A stretch of 64,000 bases of DNA. It comes from Felis catus. Lineage: Eukaryota. The stretch covers positions 109,618,001 to 109,682,000 of the forward strand of contig NC_058373.1 of NCBI RefSeq assembly GCF_018350175.1, read 5' to 3'. Positions 51,336 to 63,861 of this stretch are shown here, one piece after another. The position numbers and the translations under genes are program-made. A model generated the notes under the pieces. That model saw only the letters and a program-made list of their open reading frames with translations, was not told the DNA's origin and ran no database searches. Each line of letters opens with the position of its first letter. Within the stretch, counting starts at the first letter, position 1.

Positions 51336-54300
51336 TCATCGTGCAACCATGAAACTCAATAAAAGACAAGAGGAATATCAGACTTCATAAAACGGGGTGT
51401 GTGCAAAGAGATAAGAAAAGGAAGAACACAGAGAGAAATCAACAAGTAATCTCCAACATGCCCCATTCATAAAGGATCAGGCTGAACCCCTTCTCTATCC
51501 TCCCTCTAGCCCATTCCCGAGATTAACACACACAGCAATAAGCTATTCTTTATCACAGGCTAAATTCTTCTAAATGATCTCTTCTCCTTAACTTAAATAA
51601 CAGAAGTAATCAAGACTGACGAAAGAAAAAGAGGGAGGAGTATTCCTGAAAGAGACAATTCAATTACAGCAACAATTTAAAAAAAAATTTTTTTTTTCAT
51701 TCTCACTGAAGGAGGACCTAAATCAGCCTGAGCAAAGGGCTCTTGTACTGTCTGGTCCTCTGACTGCCTCAAATAGCTGTGCTGCTCTCAACCTCCTTGC
51801 CCTCATCTCTCTAATCCCATGAGCTATGAAAACGGGTAATGTGAAAAGGTAGAACAAGCCAGTATCGGAGAAGAAACACTCTGAGTAGCCCAGAAGGTTT
51901 CAATGATATAAGTTTAATGTCTTATGGAACCGGTCCCAGAAGCAGATAACAAATATCTTTTAAAGAAACATTTATCAAAAGTATCAGGTACTAGGTCGGA
52001 AAAAGAAGATCATAAATGACAAAAAGAAGAAATCACATAGGCAATGCATTCTAACCATAATGTAATAACACTAGATTTTAACAGTTCAAAGTCACCCACC
52101 TCCCAAATGCAAGCCACCTGAGAATCTAAACACTTCTGAAATAACTCAGATTGGAAGAAAACAAACAAATTACAAATTACAGACATTTAGAAATAAATGT
52201 AAATTAGAAAAATTAAAGGTCATCTTAGAATCCCAAAGCAGACCAGGCAGTGGATGGATGCTTGTGTCGTCTCTCTTCTAATGGACACCTCTGGTCTACA
52301 CAGGCTGTCCCTGCCCCCAGGAGAAGAATTCCACAGAATCATAACCATAAATAATGAGGAATCAATAAGTGGTTATATAATACCATGAAGGTCATGAGCA
52401 CAACAACCCATCCATCCAATGTTAGTATTTGTTTAAAAAGGAGATAACCGAATCAATTCTCATAGTTTTGGATAAGATTCATAAAATCAGATTCTGCTGC
52501 TCTGGAACAACTCTCAAATTAAGTTGATTTCCAGAATATGTTTCTCACCCAAGAAAATAATTTAGTGACCAGCTAAGTGGTCAATCAACTTGGCAGTTAC
52601 ATTACTCCCTGTACTGTCCCTCTTTTTCTTTTAGCATTCATTTTCTCCCATATGCCTTTTCTATTGCATCTCCCAGCATCCTCCTACCAATTTTCATCAA
52701 TAAGCTAGGGAAAAGGACTACTCCCACTTCCAAGGTGTTCATACCCAAATAATTTTAAAATTGACAAGTAACAAGAAGGAATGGGAAAACGAACATAGAA
52801 TTCCACAGTAGAGGGAGGATGCAAGCTCAAATTAAGAAACAAAAGATTTTCCTTGTGTCCAAAGAACAGTCAACAGAGTGTAAATACACTTTAGCCACAC
52901 AGCCCAACCTCCCGCCTCCACATTACCTGCACACGTGCACGGGCACACATACACACACATGAACCTCCCCTCACCCTTACTATGATTTCAAGAGCTGACA
53001 GTTTATTAGTGTTTGTCTGTAATTAGCAAAATAAACTCATTCCTCCCTAGTCAACAAGCTTCCATTATTCCATCCCAACTAATGTTCGGGGCACAGGATC
53101 ATGGATCCAATATCAGCCCATCTTCCCGCAGGGCCTGACTCAGGACTTTGCAAAGCAAAAAAAAAAAAAAAAAAAAAAAAAGCAAAAGTACAAGAAATAA
53201 AACATAAGCTAGGTGTCCTTTGGGTTTAGTGCTCTAAGACTCCATTCAACTGAAGCTGGTGAAAATCAGAACATTAAATTCACACTTTGCAAACAGGCCA
53301 ATCAAATAAATAAAGAAGGTTTACATCATTATAACATTTATTAGTCATATCACCACAGAAAAAAATGCAAATTCATTTTAAAAAAAGACATGGGCTGGTA
53401 ACTTACTCACACATAGGCTATTAAAATGAATGTGGAAATATAATGAAAAAACATTTCTCTAAAATGATGTTTGCATTGGAAGCTTCAGCAGTAACATTAT
53501 TTGAGCTCCTGATGAAAAATATTTATAACCAATTATGTTAATTCAAAAGATCTGCAATAAAATCCTACTAAGAATTAAGAATGCTTTTCACCTGAAAATG
53601 TCCTAAGCCATTCCTCAGCCCTTTTACATCCAGTTCTCCCACTCTCACAAAAAATCAAGTTACCAACATAGAGGATATAAACATGGTCTTTGATCCCAGC
53701 TCCCACCTCAACCCTTATAACTTTCCCTAAAGTATGTAAATCTCCATCCCTATCACATACAACCCTCTAAAACTTTAATAAAGTGAACAAGACTTTCATT
53801 TGCATAAAGCATATGAAACTGCATTTACAGAAAACTAGTCCTTGATGAACTGAAGCATGGCATGTTAGTACCAGCAGTAAAATGCCTGCCTGACTGTCCA
53901 TGTGCTTTGTCCAAACCCTTGCCACCTAGTTTACTTCTAAACACAGATACGAGAGGCATTCTCCTCTCGTAGCACATATTTTGGGAAAACTAAATGGAAT
54001 TCTATTTTATTAGTGAACTATGCTTAAATTAGGAATTGTTTTTGACACCCCCAAAATTGCAGATATAACCAGCTATATTTCATCAAAACGGGGAGAGAAA
54101 ACTCTAAGTCTTTCTAATGAACCAAGTAATAATATGAGGCTTCATGTCCTATGAACTAGTCTGTAACATGTTGATTGCACAAGCTACTTCAACATAAAGA
54201 AACTAACACAGTAGTTAAAGTATTGAAGACTTCACCATTCCAATTACTTTATTACTGTATTCAAAGCAGTGGGTTCAAAAACGTGTGTTCTGCTATTGAT

Positions 54301-54472
54301 GACCGTGGTGGTGGTGTGGTATTTCCACTACTATATATCTGTATTTTTTAAAAGCATCCCAAGTGATTTCAATGTGAGGCCAGTTTTTAAAGTAATAACT
54401 ACAAAATCCTTCTCTCATCTTCTTCACCTTTGAAATTCTTTCTCTTTTTAGTTCACTGAAAACTAACCGTGA

Positions 54473-54648
54473 GGGGCACCTGGGTGACTCAGTTGGTTCA
54501 GCCATCTCACTCTTGATTTCGGCTCAGGCCATGATCCCAGGGTCATAGGATCAAGCCCCATGTTGGGCTCAACGTGGAGCCAGCTTAAATTCTCTTCCCT
54601 CTCCCCCACTCACTCTCTCCCTCTCCAAAAAAAAAAAAAAAAAAAAAA
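54473..54648 (+). mobile_element. CanSINE (older type)
   Basis: ggggcacctgggtgactcag head, poly(A) tail. Confidence 0.92.
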
Positions 54649-54879
54649 GATAAAAACAGCAATTAAAAAACAAAAAAACTAACTGTGAAAACTTGCCATT
54701 TCCAAGAAAAGGAAGGTCCCTGGAAATATCTACAACAGTGAAAGCATTCCTTCCTCTCCTGGGCCGTAAAGAAGTGAATGTACAGTTGGCTGCTTTTAGA
54801 ACTCCTTCCAATTTATTAATAAGATAGGAAACACCTGGCTGATTACTAGCATGTGCTTTTCCCACAGGTTCAAAACACG

Positions 54880-55030
54880 TCTCATGATCTCACGTGAGAG
54901 GGAGCCCCACAGCACAGAGCCTGCTTAGGATTCTCTCTCTCCCTTTTCTCTCTGCCTGCCCCTCCCCCACGTTCCCACACACACACACTCTCTCTCTCTC
55001 TCAAAAAAAAAAATAAATCAATAAATAAAC
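54880..55030 (+). mobile_element. CanSINE 3' portion
   Basis: tcatgatctcac...cagagcctgcttaggattctctctct...aataaa. Confidence 0.85.
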
Positions 55031-55214
55031 TTTAAAAAACAAAGTAAGTAAGAAGTACATCTCACAGAATGGCTACACAGATGAAACAGTATCCAGTATC
55101 CAAAAAATGAGACCAGGGTGTGAGTATTAAACAAGTTTAAGCAATAAACTGAAAGGCAGAAAAGGCCAGTACTGATGTTTCAAGGTAAAAAGAATGACAA
55201 TGATAATGAACACA

Positions 55215-55420
55215 GACTAGTGCAAAGCGCTATACTAAGCTCCTTACAGGAATCATCCCCCTTTAATCCTCAGAACACCTTATGAGTGGCCACTATTAAT
55301 ATCCCAGTTCTTCAGAAGAAAGGACTGGGGACCAGAACAGCTAAATCACTTGCACAACATTACCCACTACTAAGGGCTGCAGCTGGGATGCGAATCCAGG
55401 TCGTCTTACCCCAGAGCCCA
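55215..55420 (-). mobile_element. MIR remnant
   Basis: tttaatcctcagaacaccttatgag...cacttgcacaac...gctgggatgcgaatccagg. Confidence 0.7.
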
Positions 55421-55949
55421 CACCAGTAACGACGACGATGGTGGTGACGGTGACTGTGATCAATAACCACCACCGCCAATGGAGCTCTACGGATAAACTG
55501 TCACGGTTAGACACTTGTTTAAGAGGAGCTGTAATCTAAAAAAAGCAAAGGAAAATCTGATGGACTTTTCTACAAGCATTTAGGTATTTTAAAACGTAAA
55601 CAGCATAAAATCAGAACCGAACTAGTGATCAATGGTAGATAGGTAACTTAAAGTTCTAAATGACAATATATTAATTATTCTGCTCAGCTTGGACAATCAA
55701 CATGTATTTGTTATTATTCTTCCATGGATCTCTCCAGTTTTCCTTTCCCAAAAGCTGACAAATACCTGCTCTCCACTTATAAGCAAAACCCAAAGGTCAC
55801 CCCTGATGCAAACCAGTGGCTGCAGCAGCAAAATTACAGGATTCAAGGCTCTCATATTATTTTGACACTATTTTCCAATCAGAAGAGAGAAAAACATACA
55901 TGCACACACACATGTCCACACATACAAAACATGCATATGCACACAACTT

Positions 55950-56175
55950 TTTTTTTTAATTTTTTTTAATGTTTTTATTTATTTTTGAGACAGAGAGAGA
56001 CAGAGCATGAGTGGGGGGGGTGGGGCAGAGAGAGGGGGAGACACAGAATCTGAAGCAGACTCCAGGCTCTGAGCTGTCAGCACAGAGCCCGACACGGGGC
56101 TCGAACTCACGGAGTGTGAGATGATGACCTGAGCTGAAGCCAGACACTCAACCAACTGAGCCACCCAGGCGCCCC
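55950..56175 (-). mobile_element. CanSINE
   Basis: Reverse consensus; TSD tgcacacaactt. Confidence 0.96.
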
Positions 56176-56387
56176 TGCACACAACTTCTAGTAAATATTT
56201 CTGTTTCCAACCCTTCATATTAGCTATCCCTCATGTTTTACCTTCTAATGCCAAGGCAGTCACTGAAACTTGTCAGGACAAGAAATAAAACATTTAAAAA
56301 TTGATCAATTCCTAATTATAGGTGTAGATTACTTTCCTGCCACCAAAATCACCCACAGGACCGAAGCCACCAAAGCCTCTGACTAAT

Positions 56388-56508
56388 GCAGACTCCACAC
56401 CGTTAGCACAGAGCCAGATGCTGGGCTCGAACTCATGTACAGCAAGATCATGACCTGAGCCAAAATCAAGAGTTGGATGCTTAACCATCTGAGCCACCCA
56501 GACACCCC
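56388..56508 (-). mobile_element. CanSINE 5' half (tail missing)
   Basis: tRNA-derived head only. Confidence 0.88.
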
Positions 56509-57533
56509 ATAAGTCTATTATTAATTCATCACCTAAGGGCTTATTTCCAGAGATGGAACCAGGGCCTCTGAACACAAGAAACTCCTGTAGCATGCTGGGC
56601 TATTTCACCCCCCACCCCCAAAAAAGGGCTGCAGGACACAGCGTTCAAAAGTATCTTTGTCAATGATTCCCTTTTTTGAGGATTTTCTATATCAATAAAA
56701 TTACAAAAAAGACCAAGCCGACATTGTTTTTCAGATAAAGTCATGAAAACAGTAAGTAGCCACCATATTTTCACTATAATTTCATAAACAGAAAGCTCTT
56801 TTGAATAATAAAAGAAGAGAAGGGCAATCTCAGAATAAAAGACAATCCTTCCTCAAAACAGACGGTGGCACGTGCCCATGCACACAGATCATCGTGTGTT
56901 CTCTGCCTTGACCTTCCTTCCCTCTACTTAGTGCTCACTTTGCCGGGCACCAGGAACAACTTTCCCACAGCCTGTATCCGGGGACCTTTGGGCCGTATCG
57001 CCACTTGGTTCCAACACCTGTCTGTAGCATGGATAACAGAGTTCTAGCCATACTGACATACCAATTTCAACTGTGTTTAGAAGACCAGAAAAGCTGAGAC
57101 GATAACACATACCCACAAGAGTAGAGCCTTTCATTTTACGGCAGCCATGTAGTCCTTAGAAACTACGTAAGATAAAAATTTCCACAAAATTTTATACACA
57201 CCTCCAGTCAAGAACTTGCCACATTATACTGGTACTTTTTTTTTTTTTTTAAACCAGTGAATCAAACACGTGTCTTGTTTATCTTTAAATACCCAGATCC
57301 AAGGAGGAGTTTCTAGAATATGGTAAGTACACAACAGACACAGGTTTAATCAATAAACTCTACATATTGAATCTTCTTTCTCCATGTTTCTAATTGTAAA
57401 TTAGAACTTTATTCCTCTAGAAATAAAATTATACTGCAGGATAGAGGGAAAGGTTCAATATGAATATTAAATAAAATGAATTATTCCAATATTTTAATCC
57501 CAAGTCATAAAATGAAAATTAAAAAATAAGAAC

Positions 57534-57752
57534 GGGGGCACCCGGGTAAGAATGGCAGTGCCTGGGTGGCTCACTCTAGGTCAGGCGCCCAACTCTTGAT
57601 TTTGGCTCAGGTCACGAACTCATGGTCCTGAGATTGAGACTGAGCCTCCTGTCACTTAGGACCGTCTCTCCCTCTTCCTCTGCTCCTCCCCTACTCATGC
57701 CCCCGCACTCTCTCAAAAAACAAAACAAAACAAAATAAAACAAACAAAAAAA
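57534..57752 (+). mobile_element. Diverged CanSINE with duplicated head
   Basis: gggggcacccgggt then gtgcctgggtggctca; (CAAAA)n tail. Confidence 0.85.
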
Positions 57753-57759
57753 CACCTAA

Positions 57760-58090
57760 GGAAAGATGGACTAAGCAAAGTAAATCAGAGAAGGACAGAT
57801 ACTATATGATTTCACTTATACGTGAAATGTAAACAAGCCAAACTCTTACAAACAGAGACCAGAATGATGGTTACCAGGGCCTCGAGGGTGAGGGAAATGG
57901 AGAGATGTTAGTCAAAGAGGAACAAGCTTCCAATTATAAAATGAGTAAGTTTCAGGATCTATGTATATAATAACATACACTTGAAAGTTAGAGAGATCTT
58001 AAACATTCTCACCACAAGAAAGAAATAGTAATTATGTGACCAGATGGAAGTGTTAGCCACATGCTTACACACCTTATACAATGTTACATG
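57760..58090 (+). mobile_element. L1MA/MB-type 3' UTR fragment
   Basis: tatgatttcacttatacgtg, atggttaccaggg, tataaaatgagtaagt, agagatcttaaacattctcaccac. Confidence 0.85.
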
Positions 58091-58324
58091 GCAGTTACGT
58101 TTCCAAAAAGGTGGAAGGAATGAGAGAATGAAGACAGACACACAAGCATGGTTTTTAATGATACAATATTTATGAGCATAAAAAGGAAATAATAGGCCAG
58201 GTTCCTTGACAAAAAACTAGCTAAAAAAGGCAGGTCCTTAGTTTCTTGAAAATATCACCTCCCCCTACCAATCTAATAAAATAATGTCTTCTTTTCTAAC
58301 ACTTCATTAAAAAAAATCTAGTTG

Positions 58325-58541
58325 GGGGCGCCTGAGATGCTCAGTCGGTTGAGCACCCAACTTTAACTCAGGTCATGATCTCACAGTTCATGGCTTTGAG
58401 CCCCTTGTCAGGCTCTGTGCTGACAATGCAAAGCCTGCTTGGGATTCTCTCTCTCCCCTTCTCTTTCCCTCTCTTTCTGCCCCTCCCTGACTCATGTTTT
58501 CTCTATGTCAAAATAAATAAATAAATTTTTTTTTTTAAAAA
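58325..58541 (+). mobile_element. CanSINE
   Basis: Consensus head/body/tail. Confidence 0.94.
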
Positions 58542-58583
58542 GGCAAAGTGTCGGCAAAATTTCTTTAAAAAAAATTTAGTTGA

Positions 58584-58710
58584 GGGGCGTGTGGGTGGCT
58601 CAGTCAGTTAAGCATCCGATTTCGGCTCAGGTCATGATCTCACAATTTATGGGTTCAAGCCCCACATCGGGCTCTGTGTTGCCAGCTCGGAGCCTGGAGC
58701 CTGCTCCAGA

Positions 58711-58765
<55 letters not shown>

Positions 58766-58823
58766 CCTGCTCACGCTGTGTCTGTCTCTTTCTCAAAAAT
58801 AAACATTAAAAAAAATTTTTTTT
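58584..58823 (+). mobile_element. CanSINE containing (TG)n microsatellite (58714-58760)
   Basis: Consensus; TSD aatttagttga. Confidence 0.95.
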
Positions 58824-59005
58824 AATTTAGTTGATTTCTAAAATAAACAGAATAGTTTTTACTCAAGGATGAGAGAAAAAGACTCAAAATGAAGATGAAT
58901 GTACAACATTAATGAAACAGTATAATCTGGAATGCCCTCCACAGCAAAAATAACCTGATAATTTTGCCAAGTGTGCCATTAATAAATGAAAAGGAGGAAG
59001 GTTTA

Positions 59006-59201
59006 GGGGTGCCTGGGTGGCTCAGTCAGCTGAGCATCTGACTTCGGCTCAGGTTATGATCTCATGGTTCATGAGTTCAAGCCCTGCATCAGGCTCTCTG
59101 CACAGAGCCTGCTTCAGATCCTCTGTCCCTGTCTCTCTCTGACCCTCCCTCATTCACACTCTCTCAAAAATAAATAAATAGTAAAAAAAGAAAAAAGAAA
59201 A
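59006..59201 (+). mobile_element. CanSINE
   Basis: Consensus; TSD ggaaggtttag. Confidence 0.94.
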
Positions 59202-59239
59202 GTTGGAAGGTTTAGTGCAAATGGCATAGGCTTTGCATT

Positions 59240-59960
59240 CACTTACTCATTCATTCACCAAATATTCAATGAAATCCCACGAAGGGCCAAGCACTGCTGG
59301 GATAACATAACAAAGACACTAAAATTCCTTCCCTCAAAGAATTTTACATTCTAGCACAAGAAGACAAATAATTGCAAGTAAAAAAATAAATACGGGGTGC
59401 CTGGGTGGCTGTTAAGTGTCTGACTCTTGGTTTCGGCTCAGGTCACGATCTCCTGGTTCATGAGTTTGAGCCCCACATCAGGCTCTGTGCTAACAGTGCA
59501 GAGCCTGCTGGGGATTCTCTCTCTCTCTCTCTCTCTGCCCTTTCCCTGCTCATACTCTCTCTCTCAAAATAAAGAAACTTAAAAAAAATGAACGGATAAA
59601 TGAATGAATGAACGAATGAATACATTATATGGTATACACTATGGGGGAAACCAGTATGCTGAGCAGTGGTATGCTGAGGGTGGACAGTATTCACCTGGAA
59701 GACAGCATCTGAGCAAACACTTGAAGGAGGTGAGGCAGTCAGCCCAAAGGGCATCTGAGGGAAAACGGGCCCAACAACGGGGATAGAAAGTGCAAAGGAA
59801 CTCTGCAGCAGGGAGCGTGCTGGTGAATCTGAGCATCTGCAAAGAAGCAAACGTGGCTGGATCCACATGAAAAGTGAAAAGTGGGGGAGATGGAACAGAA
59901 GAGTGAGGTACGAGTAGCGTAGGTCATCTTGGGCCTTGCGAATCGCTTTTAGACTTTGGC
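59240..59960 (-). mobile_element. L2 LINE 3' fragment interrupted by a CanSINE
   Basis: actcattcattcaccaaatatt; atctgagcaaacacttgaagga; aagtgcaaagg; gactttggc. Confidence 0.75.
59394..59588 (+). mobile_element. CanSINE
   Basis: Consensus. Confidence 0.93.
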
Positions 59961-59999
59961 CTCGACGCTGGTCCTAAGCTGGAATCATATCTTTACTGT

Positions 60000-60105
60000 T
60001 TACTAGGTGACACTGGACAAGCCACTTATTTCTCTGAGCCTTAGTTTCCTCATCCATAAAATTGAGGAAATGTACCTCACAGGGTTGAGTGAGGATTAAG
60101 TGAAA
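60000..60105 (+). mobile_element. MIR core
   Basis: ctctgagccttagtttcctcatccataaaatt...gtgaggattaagtga. Confidence 0.75.
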
Positions 60106-60488
60106 AAGCCATTTGTAGGATGGAAAATGCTGTTCACAAAGTTGTCACTCATTTGACACACATCTATCAAGTACCTATAACATACAGCATAGAATCAATT
60201 CCTTGTTTCATAGCTCTCATTAAAACTATTTTCTGTATAGAAATATATTTAGCATTTTTGGCATAGCTTTAAAATTATTTTTAAACCACTTAATAAATTC
60301 TGAAGCACTTCTAGAAATGTTAAATTTTTGTTGAAATTTTATTCTAATAATATCAAACTTTAATCAAACAAAGGCCATCTATAGTATTTAAAACCCTCAC
60401 ACACCATAATTCATCTTCTCTTCCGCACTTGGCTTTTGAGACCAGGAGAAAGTCATAAAATCATAATCTGATAAAAAGAAATTAATAG

Positions 60489-60726
60489 GGGGCGCCTGGG
60501 GTGGTTCAGTCGGTTGAGCATCCGACTTCGGCTCAGGTCATGATCTCACGGTTCGTGGGTTCGAGCCCCGCGTCGGGCTCTGGGCTGACAGCTCGGAGCC
60601 CGGAGTCTGCTTCAGATTCTGTGTCCCCTCTCTCTCTGCCCACCCCTACTTGTGCTCTGTCTCCATCTTTCAAAAATGAATAAACATTAAAAAAAATTTT
60701 TTTAATAAAAAAACTTTTTAAAAAAT
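60489..60726 (+). mobile_element. CanSINE
   Basis: Consensus; TSD gaaattaatag-like. Confidence 0.95.
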
Positions 60727-60899
60727 GAAATTAATAGAACAAACTCCCAAGATGTACACAAGAGTCAACATTGTTGTTCTAGCTGAGTTCCAAAGTATGA
60801 GCCAAAAAAACCTTCAAAAAGACTATTTTTACTTATGTTGTGGTTATAAGGTAAAGAAATAAATTAATGGAATTACAAATGTTCGGCAAGCACTCCCGC

Positions 60900-60979
60900 G
60901 GAAGGAAGGAAGGAAGGAAGGAAGGAAGGAAGGAAGGAAGGAAGGAAGGAAGGAAGGAAGGAAGGAAGGAAGGAAGGAA
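60900..60979. repeat. Perfect (GGAA)20 microsatellite
   Basis: Uninterrupted 80-nt array. Confidence 0.98.
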
Positions 60980-62519
60980 AAAATAAAATAAAAGATCATA
61001 TTATTTTCAAGTACTTCAGGTACTTGAGGGCTTCCCCTCCCCCAGAGATTACTTCTACAAGGGATAAAAAATGGCCTGTGTACTTTCCATTTGTTTTGAG
61101 GATTAACATCAATGTGAATCAGTTCAGGATGGGATGAACCTGCAGCTACCTTAACAATATGATACAAGGTTTAAAAACAAATTAGATAGATGCACAGAGA
61201 AACAGATATCACATTAACATCAATTAAGCCCACTGCCTATTATTTCACAACGTAAGTTGACACCAACAAAATCTTTAAACTTAAAAAAAAAAAGATTTAA
61301 AGCATAAAAAAGAGTCAATCCAATGCTGCAATGCCAGCTTAGAGATGCTATTTCTGAACCTCCGTTGGGAGTTTTAAATATGAGCCCTTAAGCTCCTGAG
61401 AGTGACAGGACTGAGGGACTACACTGATGGAATGACCTCTAATCCCAAGAGTAATAAAGAGTGTACATTTATAATTAAAGTCATAATCTGGGCAATAAAA
61501 CCCAGGGACAGCATGTAGGAGACACCACTTACTGTGGAATTCGTGTATGCTTCATACAAGGCATACTACAATATAAATTAAACATAAACGTAGCCCACAT
61601 ATAAGCATTGACGAAATCCAAAATTCACATTTGAAACATCATACTAAGAAAAATGAAGTCCATTTTAAAACCTTATTTTTCCAGGGTGTATAAAAATAAT
61701 AGCGGTAGAAAGGTGGAGACTTACAAGTATGTATTTATGGATGTGTTATACAGGTATGCACAACTGTGAGTGTATGACTCCAAAACTGAAACTTAAACAA
61801 CAGTAATACAAACATTTTATAAAAGACAAAGAATATGTGTCTGGAAAGCTTAACACTTTCAGAGCAAAGAAGCATTTTAAAACACTGAATGGTAAGACAG
61901 GATACCAGGGTAAGCCAGCATGTCCACAACTTAAGTCCTTTCTTTGCTACTGCCTTCCTGGCCACAAACCGGCTGTCAGCAAGGGTAGAAAAAGTCACTG
62001 AAATCTAAAGATCTGCATGCTAATCAGGCGATTCCAAACACAAGCCTTTTTCTGAAGCCTGATGTAAGTCCGCATTCTATGCCCAATGTGGTACCCTAGG
62101 GCTTAGCTAAACATGCCACCAGATAGTACAAACATTTTCTCTTCAGTTGTACCATGACTTTCCCTTTCAGAAAACATATTCAATAACTGTATCTCCTCCT
62201 TAAGAAGCCAGACCAAATATAAAAAATAAGATCTGGCATTATTAAGAGTAATAAAACACAAACTAAGCTGGGCAACGAAGTCCACTATCTCAAAAGTCTG
62301 TCCGTTGGTATCCTGGAGAAACACAGAAACATGTACAAATTAGGTCAATTTCTTTTAGCACAACTGGGAAACTTCAAAAAAAAAATGTAAACCCATTCTG
62401 CATTCTTCCAGACGGCTGAAGCTCTTCTTACGGTCACACACACCCACACTTTAAAGTCAGGGAGCCTGGGCTCGAAACACTCTCTACCATGTACCAGCCA
62501 GACAATTTGGGGCACGTGG

Positions 62520-62752
62520 TGTGACAGTGAAAGACAATGGGCTACAAAAGCAGACTGCCTGGATTCCAAGCCTGGCTTTGCCACTTCCTTCTGGGAAACC
62601 ATAGGTGAATCTCTGTGCCTCAGTTTGCTCGTGTATAAATGAGGGCATAATAACAGTACCTACCTCATATGGTTGACTTAAGGGTTAAGTGAGTGAATAA
62701 AAATAAAAACACATGGAATAACATTCAGAACGCATTAGGTGCTCAATAAATT
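62520..62752 (+). mobile_element. MIR, near full length
   Basis: cagactgcctggattcc...tctctgtgcctcagttt...taataacagtacctacctcata...gtgctcaataaat. Confidence 0.88.
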
Positions 62753-63054
62753 TCAGGTAGTAAACTGTTGTTAAAATGCACGGCTGAGCCTTTGTGTCCT
62801 TTACAAAATGAGTCTAAGAATAGTAGCTCTGTCACAGACATAGCTTGAGAATTTCATGAGATAATACATACATAAAATGTTCTGGTACCAGTGCCTGGTA
62901 CATGAAAATGTTCAATAAATGTCAGGTTAAAAAAAAAACACTTATCAAACAAACAACAGCAAGTGCTGATGCATATAGGGCTTCTTCCCTTCTTTTGTAT
63001 ATATATCCAGTTGTGCAAGCCATATTGAAAAAAAAATAAGACTGATCTCAACCT

Positions 63055-63236
63055 GGGCACCTGGGTGGCTCGGCTGGTTAAGCGTCCAACTTCAGCTCAG
63101 GTCATGATCTCATGGTTCACGAGAGAACCAGTCCCACATCAGGCTCTGTGCTGACAGCTCAAAGCCTGGAGCCTGCTTTGGATTCTGTGTGTGTCTCTCT
63201 CTCTGCCCCTCCCCCACACTCTCCTCTCTCTCCTTT

Positions 63237-63289
<53 letters not shown>

Positions 63290-63335
63290 CTCTCTCCCTC
63301 TCGAAAATAAACAAACATTAAAAAAAAAAAAAAAA
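63055..63335 (+). mobile_element. CanSINE with long (CT)n
   Basis: Consensus, (TC)n at 63241-63287, poly(A). Confidence 0.95.
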
Positions 63336-63652
63336 GACTGGGCTCATCCTACTAATATCCAGTGCGATTACTTCCAAGTAAAACGGTAATGTGACTGTAG
63401 GAAAGGTGAAGGCACTGACTCAGTTTGATGTGTGGGTAATTCGGGCGCCAGGACATGCACCAGCAATGCGCCAGAGTCCTGGAGGACGAAGGGATGTAGC
63501 ATTTGGATGAATGAATGACAGACTAACAGAGTCTTCGGAACAGAAAAGCAAACATTTATGAAGAATTCAACAGTCTGGAGAAGCACTGCCAAGATCAGGA
63601 CACACCCGGTTCTCAGACATCCTCAAACCTCACTTCAGATGTAATCGGGTTT

Positions 63653-63853
63653 GGGGGCGTTTGAATGGCTCAGCAGGTCAAGCGTTCAACTCTGGATTTT
63701 GGCTCAGGTCATGATCTCGCGGTTCATGAGATCAAGCCCTGTGTACAGCTCCTTGCTAACAGCACAAAGCCTGCCTGGGATTCTCACCCCCCGTCTCTCT
63801 GTCCCTCTACCACTCGTGCATATGCATGCTCTCTCTCTCTCTTTCAGAATAAA
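63653..63853 (+). mobile_element. CanSINE
   Basis: Diverged consensus. Confidence 0.9.
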
Positions 63854-63861
63854 CTTTTTCA

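Noticed and set aside
53948..53971. Perfect 9-bp hairpin tacgagagg-cattct-cctctcgta
   Set aside because: Stems this short are expected by chance in 64 kb; the loop is not an IRE (CAGUGN) and there is no other context
56320..56387. Gly-rich peptide RGFGGFGPVGDFGG next to a truncated SINE (retrocopy fragment?)
   Set aside because: Too short and low complexity; no poly(A) or TSD
63395..63640. Possible LTR fragment between SINEs
   Set aside because: Could not match it to a known consensus or identify LTR termini by eye
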